Assembly: GCA_041662585.1 (NCBI GenBank)
Contig: JBAZSG010000001.1
Span: 130,381 to 194,380, forward strand
DNA: 64,000 bases
Source of the DNA: Patescibacteria group bacterium
Lineage (GTDB): Bacteria; Patescibacteriota; Patescibacteriia; UBA1558; GWA2-36-10
Direction: 5' to 3'
Below are positions 1 through 9,339 of this stretch, piece by piece. The notes beneath the pieces were generated by a model. It was not told the DNA's origin. It worked only from the letters and a program-made list of their open reading frames with translations, and made no database searches. Each line of letters starts with the position of its first letter. The stretch's first letter is position 1. Both the position numbers and the translations under genes were made by a program.

Positions 1-989
1 TTACTGGATTTTCTGGTTCTTTTTCAGGTGGAGTTTTCAAAATATCATCTAGAGCCTCACTACTAGCCCTAGCCTCTTGATAATACTCAGCCAGATTACC
101 AAGTTCTGCCAAAGGAGTAAACAAAAAGAAAGAATAAAACAACAAACTAAAAAACTGTCCCAAGGTCATGCCATTATTAAACATCAACCAAAGCATCACC
201 AACATGATAAAAGCTCTGAGTGCATTTATCAAGGTCCCCTGAATAAAGCTAAGTGTCCTAATCAATCTGACTCTTTCCAATTCCAAGTTTAAAATAATAT
301 CATTTACTTTGTTGAGTCTATCTACTTCTTGTTGCTCTAGACCCAGACTCTTTACCAGCTCAATGTTACGCAACGTCTCAGTAGTAAAACCAGCTAGATG
401 AGCCTGTTTTTTGACCACTTGTTCTTGAATGGTTTTGATACGACGAGAAATCAAAAATATAGTAAACCCCAAGGTTGGCACTATCAAAAATATAGTTAAA
501 CCCATTATCCAGTTTACCCAAAAAGCATAAGACAATACAAAAATAACTCCCAATAAATAAACAAAAAATACATTTACTAAACCAGTGATAATCCTCTGGA
601 TATCTTGTCTAGCTTTTTGCATTTTCTGTAATATTTCGCCTGAGCTTTGGTCTTCAAACATTTGATAAGGTAAAAACAAAGAATGATGGACACTCTCGGC
701 ATAAAGTTTGGTACCTAAACGATGAGTAATAACATTGACATAATAATCTTGAAAATTTTTGGCAATTCTAGATACTAGTGCCACCCCCACAAAAGCGAGA
801 AGTAATAATCCTGCTCCAGAAAAAAATTCTGACCTTTCCAATTCATTTACTCTAGAAGCATAATTATCAACTAACAAACGAAAAACTTGGGGATCCAAAA
901 GAGAAAAAATCTGATTGATAGTGGCTAAAATCAAAACCCCTGCTAGGGTTTTTTTATAACCTTTGAGATATTTAAATATAAATTTCATA
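1..989 (-). CDS. ABC transporter transmembrane/ATPase protein (MsbA-like exporter), N-terminal part; gene runs off the window edge
   Basis: Reverse-strand ORF from ATG at 989 translates MKFIFKYLKGYKKTLAGVLILATINQIF...; hydrophobic segments typical of an ABC exporter TMD. Not in the ORF track because its stop lies outside the window. Confidence 0.55.
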
Positions 990-1100
990 TGTTTATAAAA
1001 ATAGTAAAATTAATTCTAACATTTTTAGATAGCCCGAGCAAATCTTAAAAATAATTATTTATCTTTTTTAAATATATCAAAAGTGTGCTAAAATAAAGCT

Positions 1101-1493
1101 ATGATGCCAGACAAAAGAACAAAAGAACTATCATTTTGGAAAGCTCTAGCAAATTTTTGGGCTTCAATTACAGCGATAGCTTTTATGCTCAATTTCTTTA
1201 ATGTTCTGAATATCTCCCATATACTGACTGACCTGATGATTATATATTTATCTATATTAACCATCTTTACTGGACTTAAAGAATATAGTCGTTGGAAAGA
1301 AAAAAAATTCTTTTCTCAATCTAATGGTGAAATATTTATTATCGCTTGGACTATACTGATCGTTGCTTTTATACTGCTCAGTGCTTACGATAAAAGCCAA
1401 TACAAATTATCTACTGAATTTACAGCTACCTATCTGTCAGTCATGGGTATCTATGCTATAAGTCGCAAATCAAAAAATTTAAAATCAAAATAA
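1101..1493 (+). CDS. small integral membrane protein (hypothetical)
   Basis: 130-aa ORF with 3-4 hydrophobic helices; no recognisable motif. Confidence 0.4.
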   Translation: MMPDKRTKELSFWKALANFWASITAIAFMLNFFNVLNISHILTDLMIIYLSILTIFTGLKEYSRWKEKKFFSQSNGEIFIIAWTILIVAFILLSAYDKSQYKLSTEFTATYLSVMGIYAISRKSKNLKSK

Positions 1494-1503
1494 TAATAAT
1501 CAT

Positions 1504-1938
1504 ATGACTATTTACTTAGGAGCAGACCACAATGGCTTTGGAATGAAAGAATATTTACAAGATTATCTAGAATCTCATGACTACCAAGTACGAGATTTGG
1601 GCAATGTCAAATTTCAAGCAAATGATGATTACCCTGATTGGGCCAAAAAAGTCACCAAGCAAGTACAAAAAGACCAAAATTCTCTTGGCATTCTTATATG
1701 TGGAAGTGGCCAAGGCATGTGTATGGTAGCCAATAAGTACAAAAATATAAGAGCTGGTATAGGCTGGTCTGGTGCTGCTGCTCGTCGCATGAAGCATGAT
1801 GATAATGCCAATATACTTTGTTTGCCTGCTTGGAGTCTCAATAATAAACAAAGTATCCACATAGTCAAAGCTTGGCTTAGTACTGATTTTTCCAAGTTGA
1901 CCAGACACAAAAGGCGTATCAAAAAAATCAATCCTTAG
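1504..1938 (+). CDS. rpiB: ribose-5-phosphate isomerase B
   Basis: MTIYLGADHNGF...ILICGSGQGM motif pattern of RpiB/LacAB family; 144 aa. Confidence 0.85.
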   Translation: MTIYLGADHNGFGMKEYLQDYLESHDYQVRDLGNVKFQANDDYPDWAKKVTKQVQKDQNSLGILICGSGQGMCMVANKYKNIRAGIGWSGAAARRMKHDDNANILCLPAWSLNNKQSIHIVKAWLSTDFSKLTRHKRRIKKINP

Positions 1939-2586
1939 ATGAAAAATAAAAAAATAAAAATTATACCTTCTATACTAGTTAAAAATAAAGCTGAGTTTAC
2001 AACCGTATGGAAAAAACTAAGTCCTTATTTTAAATATGTTCAAATTGATATTATGGACGGTGAGTTTGTCAAAACAAAAAATTCTATTAGCCCCGAGACT
2101 ATTAAAAATCTAACCAAAAAACACAACCTAGAAATTCATCTTATGGTAAATGCTGTCTCCAAATATATTACTCGTTGGGCAAAGCTAAAAAATGTCAAAA
2201 AAATTATCTGGCACTATGAAGCCGATAAAAATACGAAACGTATTGAAGCTATAAATAAATATCTAAAAAGCCAAAAAATAAAAACTGGCTTGGCTCTAAA
2301 TCCCAATACATCGCTAGCTAGTATAAAAAATATAATATCTGACTTTGACACTATACAAATCATGAGTATCACTCCCGGTAAACAAGGACAAACATTTCAA
2401 AGCAAAGTACTCATCAAAATCAAAGCCCTGCGCTATAAATTCCCCCATATAAATATAGAAGTAGATGGAGCAGTAAATGATAAAACATTTAAGATCATCA
2501 CCAAAGCTGGAGCAAATATAGTCTGTCCGGGATCATATTTTCAAAAAGCCAAAAATATAAAACAAGCTTTAAAAAAATTAAACTAA
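1939..2586 (+). CDS. rpe: ribulose-phosphate 3-epimerase
   Basis: IIPSIL..., DIMDGEFV, VDGAVN motifs of Rpe; starts immediately after the rpiB stop (operon). Confidence 0.8.
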   Translation: MKNKKIKIIPSILVKNKAEFTTVWKKLSPYFKYVQIDIMDGEFVKTKNSISPETIKNLTKKHNLEIHLMVNAVSKYITRWAKLKNVKKIIWHYEADKNTKRIEAINKYLKSQKIKTGLALNPNTSLASIKNIISDFDTIQIMSITPGKQGQTFQSKVLIKIKALRYKFPHINIEVDGAVNDKTFKIITKAGANIVCPGSYFQKAKNIKQALKKLN

Positions 2587-2627
2587 CTAAAAAACACTCT
2601 TATCAAAAGCGTGTTTTTTGATATCAA

Positions 2628-4019
2628 TTATTTTTTAATTTCTTCTTTTGGTTTTTCTACATGTATTAACTTATTATAAACAGGAAGGCTAAAATAAAAT
2701 TGAGAGCCAACATGCTTGATACTATCTACATATATCTTACCTCCCATGAGTTCTACCAATTGTTTACTAATCCAAAGACCAAGTCCTGTACCAACAATCC
2801 CTCTAGTATCTTCACCTTGTACACGATAAAACTTAGCAAATAAAGCTTCTCGTTCTTTAGCTTCCATACCAATGCCAGTGTCTTTGATGGTTATGGTTAC
2901 AAATTTTGCTTCTGTTTTTTTGGCCATAAACTCTATTTCTCCTTGTTTGGTATATTTTACTGCATTGCCAATGAGGTTTACCAAAACCTGTCTAAATTTA
3001 TCTTCATCGGCCCAAACCTTGGGAAGATCATCTTCTATTATCAATTTCAATTGCAAATTTTTTGCTTTGATACGAAGATCAAACTCTGCTTCCATACTTT
3101 TCAAAATTTCACCAACATCAATTGGTTTTGGAAAAAATTCTAACCTGTGTTGCTCAATACGACTGACATTTAAAAGATCTTCAACTAAAGCTCCGAGACG
3201 ATTGGTTGAAGCTTCCATTATTTTAAAACCATTTTTACCTTTTTCATTGAGCTCTCCATAGTCTCCTTCCATGGCCATAGATATAAAACCTTTGAGCGTA
3301 GTAATAGGTGTACGAAGCTCATGGGAAGCAACAGAAATAAACTCATCTTTCATTTTATCTACTTCTTTGAGTTTTCTAAAAAGTAGTGCATGCTCAAATA
3401 ATCTAGTATTTAATGCCAAAAGAAGTATTACAATAAGTACTGTAATAGCCAATATAAAATAAGATTTGGTCAAAGTATCTTTAACCAAATCATCAATTAA
3501 TTTGAGCGATAAGCGCAAGCTAAGAATAGCTTCTTTTTCTCCAGCAGCATTTTTTAGTGGCATGGCTATTTCCCAAAGACGCTCTTGTTCTGAGCCAGTG
3601 CCAATTGGAGCTGATACTAGCGTAGCTACTGCTTCGTTTTGATACCAGCTTATTATATAATTCAAATCATCATTGGAATTACCAATTTTGGTTTCATCAA
3701 AACTGGCAATAGTTTTAAAAATTTCTCCTTCTCTAAGTAATATATCAAAACTACGAATTTCAACACCAGAATCTTTTATACTTTGTACTTTGTCTTGTAT
3801 AAGATTGTTGTTTTCTACACCTTCATAAACAGTACTATCAAAAAGCTGCCCAATCATCAAAGCTTGTCTTTGTAAAGATATATCAATATTGGTCTGAAAA
3901 GATTTTACAGACCAAATAGTGTTAATAATAATAGCTAAGGGGATCAAAAGAATTAAGACAATAGCATACACAACCTGATGACTTTGTCTAAGTAAAAAAT
4001 TGTTTCTTTTTTTCAACAT
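2628..4019 (-). CDS. sensor histidine kinase (two TM, periplasmic sensor, HisKA + HATPase_c)
   Basis: SHELRTPITTLKGF H-box, GTGLGL G2 box; N-terminal TM, about 150 aa extracytoplasmic segment, second TM. No response regulator in the window. Confidence 0.8.
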   Translation of the reverse strand: MLKKRNNFLLRQSHQVVYAIVLILLIPLAIIINTIWSVKSFQTNIDISLQRQALMIGQLFDSTVYEGVENNNLIQDKVQSIKDSGVEIRSFDILLREGEIFKTIASFDETKIGNSNDDLNYIISWYQNEAVATLVSAPIGTGSEQERLWEIAMPLKNAAGEKEAILSLRLSLKLIDDLVKDTLTKSYFILAITVLIVILLLALNTRLFEHALLFRKLKEVDKMKDEFISVASHELRTPITTLKGFISMAMEGDYGELNEKGKNGFKIMEASTNRLGALVEDLLNVSRIEQHRLEFFPKPIDVGEILKSMEAEFDLRIKAKNLQLKLIIEDDLPKVWADEDKFRQVLVNLIGNAVKYTKQGEIEFMAKKTEAKFVTITIKDTGIGMEAKEREALFAKFYRVQGEDTRGIVGTGLGLWISKQLVELMGGKIYVDSIKHVGSQFYFSLPVYNKLIHVEKPKEEIKK

Positions 4020-4022
4020 ATA

Positions 4023-7000
4023 TTATCCACCAAAGTTTTGTCTCCTACCTTTGTGAAGCACAACTATCACTCCTAGAGCCAAAAATACTAAAAAGATACC
4101 GCCTAATATATAATAAATAAATAAATTATTTGTTTCGGCTGCAGAAGATGCTCCATCAAAATAATTGTCAGCTGTCACAGCTTGTGCCTCTTTGACTAAA
4201 AATGAAATGGGACGAGATTGTTTGACTATCTTACCAGTATCATCATTGATAGTGACAAATACCTGATGATGCCCATCAGTCAAAGAATTTTTTATATCAT
4301 ATGACCAATTACCACTAGCATCAGTTTTGGTGGTCATAAGCAATGGCAAGGCACTATACAAGTATATATTTACCCAGCTATCAGCTTCGGCCTTACCACT
4401 CAATTTAAATGTATCATCAACATCCTCAACACCATCTACACTCATACGTCCATCAATTTTTTTGGATTTTATTTTTGGTTGTTCAATGTTAATATTGTCC
4501 AAAATCATTTTATCAAAACTGGTTCTTTCTTTTAATAATGGTCCTGAGCCAGCTGGATCATAGCCATTTTTAATCTCCAATCCATCAAAATATCCATCTC
4601 CATCGGTGTCAGCATTGTTTATATCAGTACCATAATATGCTTCCAAATCATCGGCCAAAGAATCTCCATCGGTATCCAAAACAAGTACCGCTTGATTTAA
4701 AATAGTCAGCTTATCTTTTTCCTCCAATACGATTTCCTTTTGAGCTCTAGCTAAAAATACTTTGGTAGCCTGATTGGAAACTAGAGGCAATGTATTTTTA
4801 GCCACTATGCCCTCAGCTTTTAAAGTATCGCTAAGATCCTGGGTGCTGATATTTTTACTCAACAAAGAATCAATAGCTTGATTGATGTTTTGACCAAGTT
4901 TTTGACCAGCTACCAAACGGTTGAGATATTCATTTCTCAAAACACTATTACATAAATTGGCATCATCTAGCTGACAATCAACTTGTCCACCATATTTTTC
5001 CAATAAATAATTTTTACATTCTTCTTTATCAATAATATTATTTTCCTGACATTCAAAATCTGTTTTAACACGATAAAGATAATCTTCACAAGCCACAGCT
5101 TCATAAATACCTTGCTCAACACAAGTTTCATCAAAAGAGCCCATAGTAGCTCTAAACCACATACAGGTATTTTGATCACTAATACCCTGATCATAACAAG
5201 TACTATAATAATCAATGCCTAGAGTATTTGTTTTAGAAACCACTTGATTGGCCGGTAAGTTTGCTGGATTATTATTTTCTTCTGTATTGTCTACTGGATT
5301 ATTTTCTACTATTTCGTTGTTGATGAAAATCTGTCCACTAGTCTCACGATGATCTACAACAAATACATCATATACCCCATTGGTCAGTGTATTAGAATCA
5401 ATACTTTGACTAAGATATACAAAAGGTAAGTTTGGATAATTGTCTGGATTAATACCAAAAGACTGCATATCTTCCCAAAAAACTTTGTCAGCCATAAAAT
5501 AAAAAGTCATATCTGAATCGGTTTTTTTCAATTCTATTTGCAGACCAGTTGGCAAATCCAAATCTGAACCCAATAAAAAATTAAAGCCTCCACTAATACC
5601 GTTGGTTGGGTATATTTCAAAAAATACAAATTGACCCTCGCCTTCACTATTTTCAGCAGGAATAATTTCGTTGTTTTCTCTAAAATAAGAAACTACCACT
5701 GGCTCACTATCAAGCTGTAGAACCCCATCGACATAATACTGAATAAAATAACGATAATTTCCATTGCCAATAAACTCTGAATTGTTATTGGAAAGAACTA
5801 AATAAAAACAATAGCTATGTCCAGCTATCGCTATCTGATCTCTAATAGCTTGATTTAAGATATTAGTATTACTGCAATCTACCAATAGAGGAGCTGGCGC
5901 ATAATTTGTGGAAGAATTATTATCAAGCTCCATTAATGCAAAACTAATATCTAAAACATTGGCACTAGCGATCAAAACACTACCTGGTCCTATCTGTCCA
6001 CCAGTTGGCTGATATACCTTTAGAGAAATTTCTTCGACCGAAGGTGCTGTAGTATTTTCTTGAGTTATTTGCCACTCAAAAGTAATTGGTCCAAAATATT
6101 GAGCTACACCGTCGGCATCTTTGGCGTTGGCTGATAAAATATAAATGCCATTGGTCAAATTATTACTAAGAGCTGAAACATTGTATTGCCAAGAAGTACC
6201 ACTAGCGACACTGGGTATAGTGCGTTCCAAGGCTATAGTAGAGTCGCCTTGTTTAACTAAAGAAAAATTAAAATCATTGGCTGTAAAATTGGTAGTAAAA
6301 TTTAAAAATATATCATTTCCTCTGATTATACTACCAGCTGTAAGACTATTTAAAGAAATTTCAGGCTCTATTTCAATAATAGTAGCTCTAGCCAAATTTA
6401 TAGCTATACTACCCAAAATAATATTTGTATTATTGTTAATATTAATTAATTCAAAAGAAAGATTATAGTTTCCATTTGGCCAAAGATCAGCTGGATTGCT
6501 TATATCAATCAAGGCTCCATAAGTAAATGAGTTGTCATTGAGCAAACTAAGATTATAAAGCTTATCTGTCAGACTAACATCCGTACCTCTATAAACAAGC
6601 CGAGCTTGTATAGTTTCCTCAGTGGGCAATAATGACTGATCAGGAACAACTGAAATATTAATTTGATCTCCGGTAATGCTACCGGTCGGAGATATAATAT
6701 TTACACTTGTCGGTGCTATACGTGCTGGAGGTGTTGTGGTTATAAGATGTTTTATACTAAAAAATCTTTCAATACTAAGAAAATTATAAAGCTCTGGGTC
6801 AATAGTTGCATCAATATTTAGTTCTGGAACAATTTTATAATTACCATTGGCAAAATCAGCCAAATCAATTGTGCCAGCATTTTTCCAAATCACATAGCCA
6901 TTTTCTGTACTCAATATATCAGCTGTATATTTAGCATAATCATCACTCAAATTTAAAGTATCCATTGGCCCAACAATATTAAAAGCAAGTCCTTTTACAA

Positions 7001-7565
7001 CACTGGTGCTAATACTTTCTGGAATATGAAATCTGATGTCCAGATTTGGATTTGAGGCTACATCTATTTCAATGTTATCTGTGGGACTAGAAAAATAAGC
7101 AGTGATACCAGAAACCTGTTGAGCCATTTCTATGTCGCCGACTAAATTTATAAGCTTATATTCAGAATCATAGATATTGGCTGATTGCCCATCTTGATAG
7201 CTATAAGCTTTGACTGACAAATAATACTGTCCTGGCAAATAAGTACTAGTATCCCAAATACTTTGGGAAGTCCAAGTACCATCAGTCTGCAAACTAGCCT
7301 GATAACTTTCATTTAACCCTGTGCTAAAATTTTGTAAATTAAAATAAACAAAATCAAATTGTTTGTCTTCTTCGCTTGACAACATAGCCTGAAAATAAAT
7401 ACTTTCTCCAATATTTATATTTTCACTAAGTGGTGTTATAAAAACTGCTGACAACAAAGAATCATCATTTGATGCTTTGACGGCTACAAAAACCAAGGCT
7501 TGAGTAATCACCAAGGTGGTGAAAAAAACAATGCTCAAATAATGTTGAATATGCTTTAAAATCAT
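4023..7565 (-). CDS. very large secreted surface protein with Ca-binding thrombospondin-type-3-like repeats and C-terminal membrane anchor
   Basis: 1180 aa. N-terminal signal peptide; Cys-rich module; DTDGDSLADDLEAYYGTDINNADTDGDGYFDGLEIKNGYDP repeats; C-terminal hydrophobic helix followed by a basic tail (KGRRQNFGG). Confidence 0.7.
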   Translation of the reverse strand: MILKHIQHYLSIVFFTTLVITQALVFVAVKASNDDSLLSAVFITPLSENINIGESIYFQAMLSSEEDKQFDFVYFNLQNFSTGLNESYQASLQTDGTWTSQSIWDTSTYLPGQYYLSVKAYSYQDGQSANIYDSEYKLINLVGDIEMAQQVSGITAYFSSPTDNIEIDVASNPNLDIRFHIPESISTSVVKGLAFNIVGPMDTLNLSDDYAKYTADILSTENGYVIWKNAGTIDLADFANGNYKIVPELNIDATIDPELYNFLSIERFFSIKHLITTTPPARIAPTSVNIISPTGSITGDQINISVVPDQSLLPTEETIQARLVYRGTDVSLTDKLYNLSLLNDNSFTYGALIDISNPADLWPNGNYNLSFELININNNTNIILGSIAINLARATIIEIEPEISLNSLTAGSIIRGNDIFLNFTTNFTANDFNFSLVKQGDSTIALERTIPSVASGTSWQYNVSALSNNLTNGIYILSANAKDADGVAQYFGPITFEWQITQENTTAPSVEEISLKVYQPTGGQIGPGSVLIASANVLDISFALMELDNNSSTNYAPAPLLVDCSNTNILNQAIRDQIAIAGHSYCFYLVLSNNNSEFIGNGNYRYFIQYYVDGVLQLDSEPVVVSYFRENNEIIPAENSEGEGQFVFFEIYPTNGISGGFNFLLGSDLDLPTGLQIELKKTDSDMTFYFMADKVFWEDMQSFGINPDNYPNLPFVYLSQSIDSNTLTNGVYDVFVVDHRETSGQIFINNEIVENNPVDNTEENNNPANLPANQVVSKTNTLGIDYYSTCYDQGISDQNTCMWFRATMGSFDETCVEQGIYEAVACEDYLYRVKTDFECQENNIIDKEECKNYLLEKYGGQVDCQLDDANLCNSVLRNEYLNRLVAGQKLGQNINQAIDSLLSKNISTQDLSDTLKAEGIVAKNTLPLVSNQATKVFLARAQKEIVLEEKDKLTILNQAVLVLDTDGDSLADDLEAYYGTDINNADTDGDGYFDGLEIKNGYDPAGSGPLLKERTSFDKMILDNINIEQPKIKSKKIDGRMSVDGVEDVDDTFKLSGKAEADSWVNIYLYSALPLLMTTKTDASGNWSYDIKNSLTDGHHQVFVTINDDTGKIVKQSRPISFLVKEAQAVTADNYFDGASSAAETNNLFIYYILGGIFLVFLALGVIVVLHKGRRQNFGG

Positions 7566-7657
7566 AATAAATATATTATATTAATAGCTTTATTATACCA
7601 TAAATTAAATAAAACAAAAAAACTCTAGTCTTAACTAGAATTTTTTAAACTTAAATA

Positions 7658-8503
7658 TTATTCACAAGCACAAATTGGAATTTTTCCTGAACCAGAGAGT
7701 TGAGAACAAGTAACCACTGTTTTTTGCATAGCGCATGAATTACCAGCAGCAAGCCATGGTGCTGTGCCAGTCGCATTGGCTGTACATCCACCAGGACAAG
7801 TAATTTCAATTAAAATTTCTTGATTTAATAAACAAAAGGGATCCCCGTTACTATCAACATCTGGTCCATAACTTGCACCTTCAACACATTTTAATTTAGC
7901 ATAATTTTCACAAATATTATCACAAGTAGTATTAGAAGCACTATATACATACCAACAATGCCCTCCACCATAAGCTGGACAGCTTGCTTTGATGGAAGTT
8001 GTCTTGTTGATTATCTCTGAATTATATGAAGTACAGGCTCCCACTACCAAAAGACCATTGCTATCTTTTTTTAAATAATAACCAGTATCAGCTGTTGAAC
8101 TTTTATCAGGATCAACTGGCAAGGTATTTATATATTTATAAAAATCATTATCATCAACTAGCAAACATAATCTACTATCACCATCACAAGTCAGATTGGA
8201 CCCACTCTGTGAAGTACACAACACTCTTTTATAAGTTTGATTTAATTTGCCCAATATTGGCAGTGCTCCACCATGATCATTGGCATAATCACTTAAAGCA
8301 GCCGCTAAAATATTAACATCTTGGACCCTGGTTTGATTTTTTGTTTTCCCAACTTGAGCCAAAGGATCAATCCAAATAAAAGTAGCCGCTGCTAAAACTA
8401 TCAAAATAGTCATTACAACGATCAACTGTAATAAACTAAAAGCTTGCCTACTTTTAAAAATTTTCATAAATTGTTTAAGCAAATTCTTGAGTAAGTTTAT
8501 CAA
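7658..8503 (-). CDS. type IV pilin-like protein (class III signal peptide), Cys-rich C-terminal domain
   Basis: N-terminus KSRQ|AFSLLQLIVVMTILIVLAA resembles a prepilin leader plus hydrophobic helix. True start probably the internal MKIFKSRQ (about 8467), avoiding overlap with the upstream gene. Confidence 0.55.
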   Translation of the reverse strand: MINLLKNLLKQFMKIFKSRQAFSLLQLIVVMTILIVLAAATFIWIDPLAQVGKTKNQTRVQDVNILAAALSDYANDHGGALPILGKLNQTYKRVLCTSQSGSNLTCDGDSRLCLLVDDNDFYKYINTLPVDPDKSSTADTGYYLKKDSNGLLVVGACTSYNSEIINKTTSIKASCPAYGGGHCWYVYSASNTTCDNICENYAKLKCVEGASYGPDVDSNGDPFCLLNQEILIEITCPGGCTANATGTAPWLAAGNSCAMQKTVVTCSQLSGSGKIPICACE

Positions 8504-9332
8504 TGTTTCGCACTTTTACTGGACGCTTGGCCAAAGCTTGTCCCTTAAGTTGATTTAAATATTCCTCATAACTCTGACGTGTGTCTTGATAAAAAATACC
8601 ATAAGGAATTTTGTCTCCCCAGGTCAAAGCTTCTTTATAGGCCATACTAATATCATTACTATTATATTCTTTATTATCGTCTAGATTATAAAGTCTATCA
8701 AAAAAATATTTAAAAGTATTTACTTTGTTAAAAGTAACACAAGGTTGAAAGACATCTACTAATGAAAATCCCTTATGTTCAATAGCTTTCTTAATCAAAT
8801 TTTTCAAGTGTTCAGGATTGCCTGAAAAACCACGAGAAATAAAACCTCCACCAGCAGCCAACGCCAGACTCATTGGATTGGCTCTTGTTTCTATCAGACC
8901 ATCGGGAGTTGATTTGCTCTTAGTGCCCTTTTCAGTTGTAGGAGATGATTGGCCAGTAGTCAAAGCATAAAGCTGATTGTCGTGGGTAATATAGTTGATA
9001 TTGGCATTACCACGGACCGCATGAATAAAATGTGCCATACCTTCTCCGTAGCCATCACCATCTCCAGCCATCACTATCACTGTCAAATCTTGATTGGCTA
9101 ATTTGGCTCCAATGGCTGTGGGCAAAGCTCGACCATGGAGCGAATGCCAACCATAGGCCTTGAGAAAATTGACACCATTGCCAGAACAACCTACTCCAGC
9201 TACCAATAATACATTTTCCGGTTTAAGACCCAGCTCAACTAAAGCATTTTTTAGAGCTATAAATATCCCAAAATTTCCACATCCGGGACACCAACTTGGA
9301 GCATAGCTTGTATTAAAATCTTTTTCTATCAT
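8475..9332 (-). CDS. 2-oxoacid:ferredoxin oxidoreductase, beta (TPP-binding) subunit
   Basis: CPGCGNFGI..., GDGDGYGEG TPP-binding pattern of the OFOR beta subunit. Confidence 0.85.
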   Translation of the reverse strand: MIEKDFNTSYAPSWCPGCGNFGIFIALKNALVELGLKPENVLLVAGVGCSGNGVNFLKAYGWHSLHGRALPTAIGAKLANQDLTVIVMAGDGDGYGEGMAHFIHAVRGNANINYITHDNQLYALTTGQSSPTTEKGTKSKSTPDGLIETRANPMSLALAAGGGFISRGFSGNPEHLKNLIKKAIEHKGFSLVDVFQPCVTFNKVNTFKYFFDRLYNLDDNKEYNSNDISMAYKEALTWGDKIPYGIFYQDTRQSYEEYLNQLKGQALAKRPVKVRNIDKLTQEFA

Positions 9333-9339
9333 ATAAATT

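Noticed and set aside
77-292. Plus-strand 71-aa ORF at the window start
   Set aside because: Antisense to the longer minus-strand ABC-transporter reading frame that continues to the window edge.
1567-1931. Antisense ORFs 1567-1908 and 1629-1931 opposite rpiB. Similar antisense ORFs: 2872-3462 opposite the kinase; 4327-4563, 4967-5215 and 6145-6468 opposite the giant protein; 8026-8316 opposite the pilin; 9409-9624 opposite the oxidoreductase; 14221-14424, 15304-15510, 16762-17451 overlaps, 18103-18288, 21087-21356, 23655-24512, 24860-25114, 26080-26307, 26940-27137, 27996-28235, 28870-29070, 29523-29792, 33623-34090, 36526-36756, 37413-37595, 42632-43426, 44197-44823, 49233-49553, 49862-50449, 51719-51979, 53040-53270, 57050-57512, 59726-59911, 60069-60389, 61197-61439 and 62394-62594
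   Set aside because: Each is embedded in, or antisense to, a longer ORF with clear homology motifs. Low-complexity translations typical of AT-rich antisense frames.
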